A stretch of 64,000 bases of DNA from Candidatus Latescibacterota bacterium (GCA_965208835.1 OZ242358.1:5088001-5152000), one strand, 5' to 3'; numbered from the stretch's first letter, positions 20,338 through 30,817 are shown. Numbers and translations are program-made. Notes: generated from the letters alone by a model not told the origin.

Positions 20338-21780
20338 TCACCGCTGTAACACCAGCTTATCGATTTCCTCATAATTCTCGTACGACGACGTGACTACCTG
20401 TTCCCCGGGCGACAGGCCCTCGAGCACTTCGAAATACTCGGGGTTCTGGCGTCCGATACGGACCTTGCGTCGGACGGCCAGGTCGCCTTCCACCACGAAG
20501 ACCCAGTTGCCGCCGGTGGTCTGATAGAATCCGCCCCTCGGCAACAGCAACGCTTCTTCGGGCGCGTCCAGTTCCAGTCGAATCTGCTCCGTCTGTCCGC
20601 GGCGGATGCTTCGAGGCGCTTCACCCACGAAATCCATGTCGACCTCGAACTGCCCCTCCTTCACCTCCGGGAAGACCCGGCGGATTTTCAACTCGAAGAT
20701 CTCTTCGTCGATTTCAATCGTCCCCCGGAGTCCCGCTGTAATCCTCGTAATGTAGAATTCATCGATCGCTGCGCGCATCTTGTACGCGTCGAGGACGTCG
20801 ATCTGGCCGATGCTGGTCCCCTTCCCGATCAGTTTGCCGATCTCGGCGTTGAGCTGTGACAGTTGACCTGCGATCGGAGCGCGGACGGTCAGGTTTCTCA
20901 AGGGTCGGCGCACGTCATCCAGTTGAAGCTGCAGGCTGCGTGCGCGCTTCTGCAGGGCAGCGAGTTCGTTGACGCGATACATGGAGTCGCGTCGAATGGT
21001 CTCCACCATGAACACCTTGAGCTTTTGAGCGTGTTCGTACTTTTCTCTTGCTTCGTTGAATTTGTTTCGCGAGGCGAGGTTGTTTTCGAACAGCGCTTCC
21101 TCTCTCCGAAAATCGCGTTCCGACTTCTGAAGGTCCAGTTCGATGTCCATCAGCGATCGCTTGCGCTGAATATCCTGGATCTCCTGGTTCAGACGCGTGT
21201 TTTCCATTCGGTTGATCTGCTCGAACAGCTGCGCTTCCTGGCTCAACACGGTCTGTTCCAGGGTCGGATTCGACATCCGCAGGATTGGCGTGCCCTGTTC
21301 GACCATCGCCCCCACTTCCAGGTAGATCTCCTCCACCTGCCCGCCTTCCAGCGCATCCAGGTAGTGCGTCTGAATGGGCATCACCGTGCCGCGCTGGGGG
21401 ATAAACTCCTGGAATGGACCGATGGTGACTTCGGATATCGTGATTCGCTCGGCCTGCACGTTGAGCCTTGCGCTGTGGTCGCCGAAGATGGCCATATAGA
21501 GTACCAGCCCCACAAAGCCCACGACCGCCACGACGCTGATAATGCGCTTCGGCGTCAACAGCTTCTTCTCGATCCTGCGGTCCATGCCCCCGGTTGGCGT
21601 CTCCCGTCCCGACGCGGAAGTACCCGGATTCACGAATCCGGGGACCGGTTTGTCTCCGCCTACCGAGTCCGCCGGATCTTGAGACGCCTCCCGATCGGAA
21701 GCCTGATGATCGGAGGACGCGTCAGATCGATTCAGCCGCAACACGCGTCCCTTTTCCTTCTTTGGTTTTTTCTCTTCCAT
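20338..21780 (-). CDS. HlyD/MacA-family periplasmic adaptor subunit
   Basis: MDRRIEKK plus TM helix, coiled coil, VRAPIAGQL, EVLEGLSPGEQVV. Confidence 0.92.
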   Translation of the reverse strand: MEEKKPKKEKGRVLRLNRSDASSDHQASDREASQDPADSVGGDKPVPGFVNPGTSASGRETPTGGMDRRIEKKLLTPKRIISVVAVVGFVGLVLYMAIFGDHSARLNVQAERITISEVTIGPFQEFIPQRGTVMPIQTHYLDALEGGQVEEIYLEVGAMVEQGTPILRMSNPTLEQTVLSQEAQLFEQINRMENTRLNQEIQDIQRKRSLMDIELDLQKSERDFRREEALFENNLASRNKFNEAREKYEHAQKLKVFMVETIRRDSMYRVNELAALQKRARSLQLQLDDVRRPLRNLTVRAPIAGQLSQLNAEIGKLIGKGTSIGQIDVLDAYKMRAAIDEFYITRITAGLRGTIEIDEEIFELKIRRVFPEVKEGQFEVDMDFVGEAPRSIRRGQTEQIRLELDAPEEALLLPRGGFYQTTGGNWVFVVEGDLAVRRKVRIGRQNPEYFEVLEGLSPGEQVVTSSYENYEEIDKLVLQR

Positions 21781-21841
21781 CGTCTTGCCTTAACATCCCG
21801 TTGAAACGCCGGGTTCAGCTTTTTCAGATTTCAGGCCACTC

Positions 21842-22453
21842 CTATGAACTCCCCGTCACCCCCAGCCGTTCGACCTCCCGCTTCAACCCGTGGCGCCCCC
21901 TGTACAACCAGACTTTCAGCGTTCCCGCCGGTACCTGCAGCTGCTCGACGATTTCATCATACGAACGTTCCATGAGATAATGGAGACAGATCGCCTCCCG
22001 GTGGCGTTCCGGCAGCGTCCGGATGCTCCGCGCCACGATTTCCCTGCGTTCCTTCCGGACCAACGCCGTTTCGGGATCCTGGGCGGGCACCGGCAGCCAA
22101 CGCGCCTGGAGCGCGGGCACGGCATCCTCAACCTCGCTCAACCAGATCTTCCGCTTTTTCAGGGACCGCAGGTAATTGGTACACTCATTCATTGCGATGC
22201 GCGTAAGCCACGTGGTGAATGCGGCATTCCCGCGAAACCCTGCCAACCCCAGAAACGCCTTGATGAAGACCATCTGGACAAGATCTTCGGCCTCATCCGC
22301 ATTCCTCGCGCATCGGTGCACGAGCGCATGCACACGGTCACGGTGGCGCCTGAATAGGACCTGAAAAGCCAAATCGTCACCGGCAATCGCCCGATCGATC
22401 ACCGCCGCGTCGGATTCAGGCGCGACGTGCAAGTTCTTGTATTCACATTTCAT
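21842..22453 (-). CDS. ECF RNA polymerase sigma factor
   Basis: AEDLVQMVF, FTTWLTRIAMN, region 4 LPERHRE...SYDEI...GTLKVWLYRGR. Confidence 0.92.
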   Translation of the reverse strand: MKCEYKNLHVAPESDAAVIDRAIAGDDLAFQVLFRRHRDRVHALVHRCARNADEAEDLVQMVFIKAFLGLAGFRGNAAFTTWLTRIAMNECTNYLRSLKKRKIWLSEVEDAVPALQARWLPVPAQDPETALVRKERREIVARSIRTLPERHREAICLHYLMERSYDEIVEQLQVPAGTLKVWLYRGRHGLKREVERLGVTGSS

Positions 22454-22518
22454 CGTAAAGGGTATTCACTCCGTTTTGCGTCGTTCGTACGGATTTGACC
22501 GACCTCATATCCATAAGA

Positions 22519-22534
22519 AGCGACAACCGTGCCA
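22519..22534 (-). promoter_or_regulatory. sigma54 -24/-12 promoter upstream of the ECF gene
   Basis: TGGCACGGTTGTCGCT. Confidence 0.75.
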
Positions 22535-22593
22535 AGATTCATTTCCATATAATTTTCAACTGTTTATCCATTATTCTTGAGAAGATGCGACGA

Positions 22594-22635
22594 ACAAGTG
22601 TTCGATTTTGATACACTGATGTCCGAAAACGGACA
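22594..22635. promoter_or_regulatory. Enhancer (UAS) with two TGT...ACA dyads
   Basis: 37/42 identical to 26661-26702, with the same offset (60 positions) from the -24 element. Confidence 0.75.
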
Positions 22636-22662
22636 TCATCGAGTACGCCGACAGAGGAAGTT

Positions 22663-25002
22663 TCACTCCGTTCGCAGCGCATCCACCGGATTCGCCCACG
22701 CCGCCCGGACGGCTTGGACGCTCACGGTCAGCAGCACAGCCAGCAGCACGAACGCCGCGCCTATCGCAAAGGAAGGAATGTCCGGGTCGATCCGGTACGC
22801 GAAATCCTGCAGCCATCGTTCCGTCGCATAATACGCCGCGGGGAACGCGATCAGACTCGCAATGACCACGAGCTTAACGAAATCCCTGGATAACAGGGAG
22901 ACAATCCCGGACGCATGGGCGCCCAGGACCTTCCGGATCCCAATCTCCCGGGTCCGCCTGGCCACTGCAAGGGCCGTGAGTCCGAACGCGCCGAGACAGG
23001 CGATGAAGATCGCCAGCAGCGTAGCATATCCAAGAATGCGGCTCAATCGTTCCTCTTTCCAGTACTGCCTGTCCAGTTCATCGTCTAGAAAGAAATAGCG
23101 AAACTCGCGGCCCGGCGCGACCTTCCGCCACTTTTCCTCGAGGAAGGCCAGTGTACCGGGCACGTTCTCAGGACGGATCCTGACAAGCATCTGATAGGTG
23201 TGGCGCGGAAGGAAAGTCAACACCATAGGCCCGATTTTGTGATGCAAAGACCGAAAATGAAAGTCCTGTACCACTCCGATAACAGTAAAGTTTCGGTTGT
23301 TTCCCCGCAGCGTCCTGCCTGTGATCGGACCTTCCCACCCCAGACGATGGACCAGCGACTCGTTGATGATAACGAACCTCGATGAACCCGGCTTACGTGG
23401 ATCGAAATCGACGCCTTCCACGAGCGATACGCCCATGGTCTCCAGAAAATCATGGCCGACACTGATGTGTTCTACATCGATCTTTTTTCCTTCATGTTCG
23501 ACAATATCATGGATTCTCGTCCTGTTGCTCAGGGTGTGACTGGTGGCCGTTACACCCAGAATCATATGGTGTCCTGACAACTCGTTCCGGTAAACCTCGG
23601 TCAGTCCCGTACCCGGCTGCAGCGTATCAAATGCATCGATGCGCACAAGATGTTCACTGTCAAACCCCAGGGGTTTCGACCTCAGGAAATCAAACTGCCT
23701 GACCATTAGCAGCGCCGTGACGACGAGGGACACGGACAGGACGAATTGCAATACCATCAGCGCACGCCCGAATCGGTTCGGCCCACCGAGCCGCATGCGG
23801 CCTTTCAATGCCGCAGCAGGCGGGACCCCTGACAGCACGAAGGCAGGGTAGCCGCCCGCGGTCAGTCCGACGATTACGATGATTCCAACCAGAAAAGCCA
23901 GACCCCCACCGTCGACTTGATCGCCCAAAGCAAGGTCGGTGACAACAATACTATTGAAAGCCGGAAGGAGAAGCTCCGTTAAACCAACGCCGGCAATGAG
24001 CGCGATAAGGCATAGTAGCGTCGATTCTCCGAGAAACTGCGTCCTCAGCTGGATTTGAGACGCGCCCGCCACCTTCCGCATCGCCACCTCCCGGTCGCGG
24101 TAGTAAGATCGGCCCACAGCAAGGGTAATGAAATTCACACAGGCAATCGTGAGGACGAGGAGAGCGATACCGAGCAGAATTAAAGATAGCGCCGGGTTTC
24201 CTGATCCATCGGGTCCGCGTTTACCGCGGTTGAGATGCATCTCCAGCAGTGGCTGCAAGGTGATTGACTCGTTCCGCCGCTCTCCCCGGTTTGCCCTGAG
24301 TAACTTTGTAGATTGGTCTTCGACATCCGCCGGACGTTTGTTTTCTGAAAGCAATACAAATGTCTGGGTAGAGTTCATTGACCAGCTACGCGTCTTGCCT
24401 CTATCCGCAATCGGGGCCAGAAAATCAAACCGAATGCTGGAATTCTTCGGTATGGATTTCGCAATCCCGGTGATAACGAAGTCCCGGACCACCGGTTGCC
24501 GCCCCGCCATCTCCACGGAAAGGACTTTACCAATGGGGTCTTCGTCGCCGAAATACTTCCGAGATGCCGCTTCCGTGACAATTAGAGAGTAGGGATCCTC
24601 CATGACCGACGCCGGATCTCCACGGAGGAGAGGAAAGGTGAACACATCCAAAATCGCCGGATCGGCAATTCTGAAAATTCCGTGAATGGTGCGGTCCCGG
24701 TACTTCACAGAGGAAAAGCCCCAGCCCAACCTCACGGCACGAACGTCTGGAAACGCCTCTTCCAGCGCCGGCCCAAACGCGTCGGGCGTCTCCCCACTCA
24801 TACCCGTACGGTCAATGAGGCAGGCCCTGTAGATCCGGCCCGCATTCTCGTGGAACGCATCGAACGTCCACTGGCGCCGTACAAACAGAAACGCGAGAAT
24901 ACAGAATGCGATTCCGATGGAAAGGCCTGCCACGTTGATCAGGGAGTAGACCTTGTGCCGCATGAGATTGCGATACGCAACGATCAGGTAATTTCGGAGC
25001 AT
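22663..25002 (-). CDS. ABC transporter permease, duplicated MacB/FtsX type
   Basis: MLRNYLIVAYRNL, RRTREIGIRKVLGA, NPVDALRTE. Confidence 0.95.
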   Translation of the reverse strand: MLRNYLIVAYRNLMRHKVYSLINVAGLSIGIAFCILAFLFVRRQWTFDAFHENAGRIYRACLIDRTGMSGETPDAFGPALEEAFPDVRAVRLGWGFSSVKYRDRTIHGIFRIADPAILDVFTFPLLRGDPASVMEDPYSLIVTEAASRKYFGDEDPIGKVLSVEMAGRQPVVRDFVITGIAKSIPKNSSIRFDFLAPIADRGKTRSWSMNSTQTFVLLSENKRPADVEDQSTKLLRANRGERRNESITLQPLLEMHLNRGKRGPDGSGNPALSLILLGIALLVLTIACVNFITLAVGRSYYRDREVAMRKVAGASQIQLRTQFLGESTLLCLIALIAGVGLTELLLPAFNSIVVTDLALGDQVDGGGLAFLVGIIVIVGLTAGGYPAFVLSGVPPAAALKGRMRLGGPNRFGRALMVLQFVLSVSLVVTALLMVRQFDFLRSKPLGFDSEHLVRIDAFDTLQPGTGLTEVYRNELSGHHMILGVTATSHTLSNRTRIHDIVEHEGKKIDVEHISVGHDFLETMGVSLVEGVDFDPRKPGSSRFVIINESLVHRLGWEGPITGRTLRGNNRNFTVIGVVQDFHFRSLHHKIGPMVLTFLPRHTYQMLVRIRPENVPGTLAFLEEKWRKVAPGREFRYFFLDDELDRQYWKEERLSRILGYATLLAIFIACLGAFGLTALAVARRTREIGIRKVLGAHASGIVSLLSRDFVKLVVIASLIAFPAAYYATERWLQDFAYRIDPDIPSFAIGAAFVLLAVLLTVSVQAVRAAWANPVDALRTE

Positions 25003-25098
25003 GGGTCCCGTGCCCTTGAGGGTGTGACTCGTACGTCAAACGGGTTCGTGGATTCACTTTCACGTACTCTGTAGAGACGTTCAAGAAGTGGGTGCGAA

Positions 25099-25124
25099 GG
25101 TGGGGCAGACATTCCTGTCTGCCC
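25099..25124 (+). repeat. GTGG-type REP; copies at 30262-30287, 39015-39040 (inverted) and 52130-52157 (degenerate)
   Basis: GGTGGGGCAGACATTCCTGTCTGCCC. Confidence 0.8.
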
Positions 25125-25173
25125 ATAACGATGCGCGACACTGGCCACTCCCAGTTGTCGGAGAGCTACAGGC

Positions 25174-25998
25174 CTATCGCTCCTTCAACCGAATGGAACC
25201 ATTTACCGTCCTCAGATGAATCAGTTCCCCGCCGCCGTTGATGACGCCGTCGACGGACTTGCTGATGAGCCCCTTCACGGTAACCGGAAAAACCGTATTG
25301 ATCTTTCCGTTTACCGTGGATGCTTTCAGGTTTGCTTTCAGGCCTTTTGGCAGCGTCACCTCGATGCCGCCGTTTGTCGTTGCCGCGCGGATCTCGTGTT
25401 GTTGCTCTCCGCTCCCGCCAACCTCCGCCTTGATGCTGCCGTTCGCTGTTTTCGCGTTGATCGGACCCAGCACCTCCAGGAGACCGATCTTGCCGTTCGT
25501 CGTCTTTGCCTGAATTGTGCCAACGATGCCGGTAAGCTCGATGCGACCGTTGGATGTCTTGGCTTCGACTGCTCCCGATACATCGTCGACGTCTACGCGT
25601 CCATTGACCGTTTTCACTTCCAGATCGATCTTTCTGGGTACGGTCACTATATAGGCGACGCTGACGTTCCGGTTCCTTCCTGGCTTTTTGGGCGCGGCCG
25701 TGCGGATGTCAATCACCGCTTCAGTCCGGTCGAGCTGCACCGTGGTCTTATCCAGAAGCAGCCGTGCCTCTTCTTCGCTTTCGGCACGCGCGCGCTTGAC
25801 CGCCTTCATCTTTACTTCGTGCCGGTCCCATGAACCGATCGTTATATCCCCGTTCACGTTGACAATCGTGATTCGTCCCCCCGGCGCAAACTCGACGGAA
25901 CGCTCGACGACCTCCTCCATGACACTCTTGCCAGCACCGCAGCCGGCTGGCGTCAGAGAGAAGATGAACATCGCGATCAGAATGGGAGCAAGTTTCAT
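25174..25998 (-). CDS. DUF4097-like beta-strand repeat protein, probable lipoprotein
   Basis: Repeats xxKTxNGxI; signal peptide ending in AGC. Confidence 0.85.
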   Translation of the reverse strand: MKLAPILIAMFIFSLTPAGCGAGKSVMEEVVERSVEFAPGGRITIVNVNGDITIGSWDRHEVKMKAVKRARAESEEEARLLLDKTTVQLDRTEAVIDIRTAAPKKPGRNRNVSVAYIVTVPRKIDLEVKTVNGRVDVDDVSGAVEAKTSNGRIELTGIVGTIQAKTTNGKIGLLEVLGPINAKTANGSIKAEVGGSGEQQHEIRAATTNGGIEVTLPKGLKANLKASTVNGKINTVFPVTVKGLISKSVDGVINGGGELIHLRTVNGSIRLKER

Positions 25999-26107
25999 GC
26001 GACAGTCACCTCCTGGTTCGGCTATCGAATACAGCTCGTCTTACAGGTCAAGAATCATGTCCGAAATGCAGTTTCAACTACAGAGGGTTATATTTCTCGA
26101 CAAATCC

Positions 26108-26527
26108 CTAGAATAACCATGTACCTGGATTTGGGTACGCCTCGTCCCGCAACTCGTATATCAGACCCTTTATACACCGGACGATCGTCCAGATCACGCC
26201 GAATATCCATCCGGCTGAGCCTGCCGCAATCATCAGGCCCATCAGGCCGAAATCGCTAGAGAACACGAACCCGATCGAAGAAACAATGACCGCGAAGGCG
26301 ATCAGGATGTACAGCCATCCGATCCAGAACGTCCGAATCTGAAACCGGTAGTGCGAAACCAGCCGATCCGGCGCATCCTGACGGCACACATAGGCGAGCA
26401 CGACGCCCGCCAATTCTCCGAGAGGACCGATAAAAAACTTGGCCAGGAAGAGAACGTAAACGACCCTTGCCACGGATATCGTGTCCAAATATCGCTGTAC
26501 CGTATCAGGCATCGTGTCCTCCTTCAT
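26108..26527 (-). CDS. DUF4870-like small membrane protein
   Basis: SHYRFQIRTFW and WTIVRCIKG...YPNPGTW motifs, three hydrophobic segments. Confidence 0.8.
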   Translation of the reverse strand: MKEDTMPDTVQRYLDTISVARVVYVLFLAKFFIGPLGELAGVVLAYVCRQDAPDRLVSHYRFQIRTFWIGWLYILIAFAVIVSSIGFVFSSDFGLMGLMIAAGSAGWIFGVIWTIVRCIKGLIYELRDEAYPNPGTWLF

Positions 26528-26585
26528 CGAGAGACACCCGGATCGAAGATTGAGGATCGCCGGACGTCCCCGCGGCTTAACCGAT

Positions 26586-26601
26586 TGCGATTATCGTGCC
26601 A
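26586..26601 (-). promoter_or_regulatory. sigma54 -24/-12 promoter
   Basis: TGGCACGATAATCGCA followed upstream by an AT-rich IHF-like CAA-N4-TTG. Confidence 0.75.
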
Positions 26602-26660
26602 TGAATACAACTTATTGAATATCAATTATATATGTGATACTTGTCCGATGAAACTGTCCG

Positions 26661-26702
26661 ACAAGTGTTCGATAATGATACACTATTGTCCAAAAACGGA
26701 CA
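26661..26702. promoter_or_regulatory. Enhancer (UAS), paralogous to 22594-22635
   Basis: ACAAGTGTTCGATAATGATACACTATTGTCCAAAAACGGACA. Confidence 0.75.
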
Positions 26703-27055
26703 CTATGGCGAACATTAAGACAACCGCACATTGCAGATGTGCGCTCAATCAGCGCCCGGGGGTCTATAACCCGCGAACGAACAGTTCGCGTTACGGTCGC
26801 AAACTACATTGGGGGGAGGTTGAACGGTAACGCGGCGTTTTCGCGCGGAATTGCGGGCGGTTCACAAGCCGCCCGTACAAATGTTGTCACTCGCGATGTT
26901 GATATCGCCAGGCCATATCGCTAACTGATTTTGGCTGACGGCTGATAGCTGACCGCTTTTACCGGGTTGTCATTATTTCGTGGAACAAATCTACACGGAA
27001 GACGATCAAATCCATGAAACCAATGACATTCTTACTTCAAAAGGGGGTGGTGACC

Positions 27056-27130
27056 GTGCCACAGATCAAACGGAGAAGACGCCGCCCGAGGCTCGTATTC
27101 GTCAAAGGTCAAAGGCGGCCAAAGGGATAA
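27056..27130 (+). CDS. Putative 24-aa Arg-rich small protein MPQIKRRRRRPRLVFVKGQRRPKG
   Basis: AAAGGGGGTG SD-like element before the GTG start, terminator immediately after. In-frame ATG at 27014 is an alternative start. Confidence 0.5.
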   Translation: MPQIKRRRRRPRLVFVKGQRRPKG

Positions 27131-27142
27131 ATTTTCGCAAAG

Positions 27143-27177
27143 AACCGCCGGTCTCGGAAAGAGGCCGGTGGTTTTTT
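27143..27177 (+). terminator. Rho-independent terminator
   Basis: AACCGCCGGTCTC-GGAAA-GAGGCCGGTGGTT followed by a T run. Confidence 0.8.
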
Positions 27178-27247
27178 CTATCAACCCTTTCGCGTCTCCC
27201 CTCTACCTGCTCACGCCATCAGCTTTTCGCTCTCACTGAGTCCGGAT

Positions 27248-27380
27248 GTGGGTAGACGTGAGACGTTAGAGGGTAGAGATTGCCTGCCCGGTGGGTGTTT
27301 CAGTTCAAGCCGCAGGCAAGCACGAGGAACCGATCGGGCAGTGGATTCATCTCCCGTCTCCCGTCTTACGTCTCCCCGCT
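27248..27380 (+). repeat. ~130-bp heptamer-flanked element, copy 5 (overlaps the MFS stop codon)
   Basis: GCC-GCA-GGC core, heptamer inverted ends. Confidence 0.8.
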
Positions 27381-28532
27381 TTTAGGTATTTTGAATACCA
27401 GCAGAACACCGGCGAACATCAGAACCGCGCTGACTTCGAATGCCCGCCGCAGGCCGTAGGCGTCCCCCATCATACCGAGCAGAAGCATTGCCAGCCCTCT
27501 GAGCGCGAAACCCCCGCCCATGTAGATCCCGTTGGCGAACGCCCGGTTTTCGGGGCAGCTTTCCTGCACCATCGCCATGACCACGGGACCCGTCGAGAGC
27601 GCGGCAAAGCCCAGAACGACCAGGGCGGGAAACAGGACCCAGCCCTGGCTTTCGAGAAAGACAAAGAGCAGAATGGGCGTCACGATCATAGAGAAGCCCA
27701 GCACCCGCCTGCGCCCCAGCCTGTCGCTCACCCATCCGCCGATCAGTGCCCCTGCGATGCCCGCACCTTCCAGGACCGAAAGGGACGCGCCGGCCAGCCA
27801 CAGGCTCGCGCCCTCTTCGCTCAGGAACGTGGGCAGAAATGCGGTGAGCGAGGCCAACGTAAACGCACGGACGAACACGATGCCGGACAGCGGGACCATA
27901 ACGGGCGCCATGCGTTTCAGGGCGGAACGCCATGGCAGCGCCTTGTAGAAGGAAAACGCTTGCGCCCCGACGCGCCTCATGCGTAACAACAGGACCACAG
28001 ATGCAACAAGGCCAACGGGGATCAGATAGGCCGTTCCCACGATCCCCCACAGGCCGATGACGCTTACGATCAGAATCGGACCCAGGGTGCGGCCGAGTTC
28101 ACCGCACAACATCCAGATACCCATCCCGCGCCCCAGGTTCGGCCCCGACAGCGTTCCGGCGATGGCCGGCCCGACGGCGTGAAAGGCCGCCGAACTGAAG
28201 CCGGCGATCAACAGGAGCGCGACCAGCGTCGAGTACCCGCCGGCCACGCCAAGTAAACTCATCGCGATGCCCGTGACCGCGGGTCCGAGGATGACCAGAA
28301 AGCGCAGATTCGAGCGGTCCGCCCGAAGTCCGATAATCGGCTGAAATACCGACGGCGCCTGCCTCACGACCATCAGCATGCCCGCCTCGGTCTTGGTCAG
28401 CGACAGAGCCCCAATGAAGACCGGCAGGAGGGGCGCCAGGAATCCGCTGTACGTATCGTGCACGGCGTGCCCGCCCGAAAGCATGAGCACGTCGGTGGTC
28501 TGAAATCGATCCCCCTGTCGTCTCTGCGACAT
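27366..28532 (-). CDS. MFS transporter (Fsr-like)
   Basis: HAVHDTY, QPIIGLRADR, SAAFH, GWVSDRLGRRR; about 12 hydrophobic segments. Confidence 0.9.
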   Translation of the reverse strand: MSQRRQGDRFQTTDVLMLSGGHAVHDTYSGFLAPLLPVFIGALSLTKTEAGMLMVVRQAPSVFQPIIGLRADRSNLRFLVILGPAVTGIAMSLLGVAGGYSTLVALLLIAGFSSAAFHAVGPAIAGTLSGPNLGRGMGIWMLCGELGRTLGPILIVSVIGLWGIVGTAYLIPVGLVASVVLLLRMRRVGAQAFSFYKALPWRSALKRMAPVMVPLSGIVFVRAFTLASLTAFLPTFLSEEGASLWLAGASLSVLEGAGIAGALIGGWVSDRLGRRRVLGFSMIVTPILLFVFLESQGWVLFPALVVLGFAALSTGPVVMAMVQESCPENRAFANGIYMGGGFALRGLAMLLLGMMGDAYGLRRAFEVSAVLMFAGVLLVFKIPKSGET

Positions 28533-28780
28533 GCGCTTCCCAAAACAAAAAGCGGTCCGGAATGACCGCTTTTCCAGCCTCTTCAATTCACAAAGCGGGA
28601 ATTTACATGGATGGACAGGATAAACAGGATAGAGTCACAAAGACCCGAGTGTCGCCCGCTGTTTCGAATTCTTCAAATGAGCCTTTGGACCACAAATCGC
28701 GCAACACCAATGTAGCCAACCCGATTCCGCAACGTCAAGCTTGAAATCGTCTCCGGGCCGGTCCCTGCTCACGGATCGAC

Positions 28781-30154
28781 TCAGACCCGTACCCAGTACA
28801 GGTGGTTGTCGATGGTCTCGCCCTCGTGCGCGTACCGGGATTCGCCCAGCGTGTAGATGAATGAAGGACGGTCGCCCGGCGGGATAGGGTTCGCGCCGTT
28901 TTGGCGTTCCAGGGAAGGCATAACCTGACCTTGTTCCGGGTCGAACGCGAGCACCTCCCGCGGCGTGAATGTCTCGCCGTAATCGGACGATTCGAGCCAG
29001 ACGACGCGTGAGAGTTCCGGATGCTCGCGCAGCCAGAAGGCGGGCAGGCCATAGATGCCCGGGGCCCAGTTCTCGTCCGGGTGCCCCAGTGCAACGAGCT
29101 GCGCGAGGACGCAAAGGACGTCATCGGACGTCATTACCGGCTTGAAGCCGATGATCCCCCAACCGGGCCAGTGCGACGCCACGGCCTCGCCTAACGGCAT
29201 TTCACGCCACCTCCCGGCGTCGAATGTCTTCAGGAAGGCGCGACAGGGCGTGGGTGTGTGGCGAACGTAGCCGACGTAGGGTCGGTCCTTTGAGTCGACG
29301 GCCATGCCGCAGTGCTCGATGCCGGGCTTCGGGTTGTTGCTTTCACCCTCCTCCAGCAGGTCAAGCGTGTCCGACGTCGCCGGAAGCGGAACCCGCGTCC
29401 CGTCGGCCTTCTGCCAGGTGCGTCCGAAGTCGAAGGAGCGCATGTACCCCACGGCCTGGTACAGACCGGCCACGTCACGCGGGTGCTCCCCAGCATTCGC
29501 CTTTCGACTCAGGAAAAAGGCCATGCTCATGTGCATTGTCTTCCGGCCCGGGCCCCAAACCATATCGTTGTTCATGCCCGTGTACCCGGTGAAACGTCGC
29601 TGCCGGGTCACGACCAGTCCGCGGCTTTGCCACGGACCGGCAGGCGGTCTCTCCCAGAGTTCCATGCCGTTGTGGCTGCCGTCGCGGGCGGTGAGGTGAA
29701 GCGTGTCGTCCGGGCCGCACATCAGCACGGGATAGGTGTTTCGGCCAAAGGCCTGGACGGGGGTCCAGGCTGACGCATCGTGCGGCCGCAGCGATCGCTG
29801 GTACTGCAGAGGCGAGTTGTGGCCGCCCATGACCATGTGCAGGTAGCCCCGGCTATCGACCGCCAGGGTGGGACGGGAATGCTCGTCGACGCCCTCGGCC
29901 AGGATGGCGCCCGCGGTCCACCTGCCCGTTTCATGATCGAGTGTGCGTACCCGGGCGAAGTACCTCTGATTGTATGAGTCCTGCCAGGCAATGTGGGTCC
30001 TGCCGCGGCAGGCAACGATCTTGTTCCCCGGCCCCTGGCTCGCGCGTTCGCCGGCGATCACGGACAGCAAGGCGTTGCCGAAGGCGCGATCGGCAGCGGC
30101 GAACGGGTCGCCCACGTCGCAGGTCCTGATACGGTCGAAAAATTCAGTCTCCAA
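28781..30154 (-). CDS. BNR/Asp-box repeat protein (BNR_4-like)
   Basis: DEHSRPTLAVDSRGYLH...HN, SFDFGRTW, SSDYGETF; GAAGGAGG before TTG 30154. Confidence 0.75.
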   Translation of the reverse strand: METEFFDRIRTCDVGDPFAAADRAFGNALLSVIAGERASQGPGNKIVACRGRTHIAWQDSYNQRYFARVRTLDHETGRWTAGAILAEGVDEHSRPTLAVDSRGYLHMVMGGHNSPLQYQRSLRPHDASAWTPVQAFGRNTYPVLMCGPDDTLHLTARDGSHNGMELWERPPAGPWQSRGLVVTRQRRFTGYTGMNNDMVWGPGRKTMHMSMAFFLSRKANAGEHPRDVAGLYQAVGYMRSFDFGRTWQKADGTRVPLPATSDTLDLLEEGESNNPKPGIEHCGMAVDSKDRPYVGYVRHTPTPCRAFLKTFDAGRWREMPLGEAVASHWPGWGIIGFKPVMTSDDVLCVLAQLVALGHPDENWAPGIYGLPAFWLREHPELSRVVWLESSDYGETFTPREVLAFDPEQGQVMPSLERQNGANPIPPGDRPSFIYTLGESRYAHEGETIDNHLYWVRV

Positions 30155-30358
30155 TTGCACTCCTCCTTCGTTATTCATCGAACGCCGGATGCTATGACCA
30201 TTGGCGAAATCTGGCGGTGCGGTGTCGGCACTGACTGTAATGCTGGCGATGCCGGTGTGAAGGTGGGGCGGACATTCCTGTCTGCCCACGTCAAGATTCT
30301 TCTGTCGAATTGCGGAAACAAGAAGAAATCGCAAGGCTGTCGAGGGGGCACCGGTCCC

Positions 30359-30797
30359 TCACTCATATCGGAGCGCGTCCACCGGATTCGCGCGGGCCGC
30401 CCGGGTGACCTGAAGACTGACGGCCAGGAGGACCATGAGAAGCATGAGCACGCCGCCCAGAAGAAACGTCCCAATTCCCGGATCCACGCGATACGCGAAA
30501 TTCTGCAGCCAGCGTTCAGCCGCGACGTAGGTCACGGGCCATGCGATCAGGACAGCGATGCCGACCAGGACCACGTATTCTCGGGTCAGCAGAGAGATGA
30601 TGCCAAATGTTGGCGCGCCCAGGACTTTGCGAATCCCGATTTCCTTGGTGCGCCTAGCGACGGAGAGCGACGTCAACCCGAAAGCGCCCAGGCACGCTAT
30701 GAATACGGCGAACAAAGTCGCGTAGCCCGCTATTCTGAACCACCTGTTTTCCTCCTCGTATTGACGACTTATCAGGTCGTCGAGAAAGAAATAATAA
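30359..30797 (-). pseudogene. C-terminal fragment of an ABC permease, truncated at the IS left end
   Basis: YYFFLDDLISRQY...RRTKEIGIRKVLGA...NPVDALRYE; homology stops exactly at the inverted repeat. Confidence 0.9.
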
Positions 30798-30817
30798 CGC
30801 GAATACAAGATATGGGC

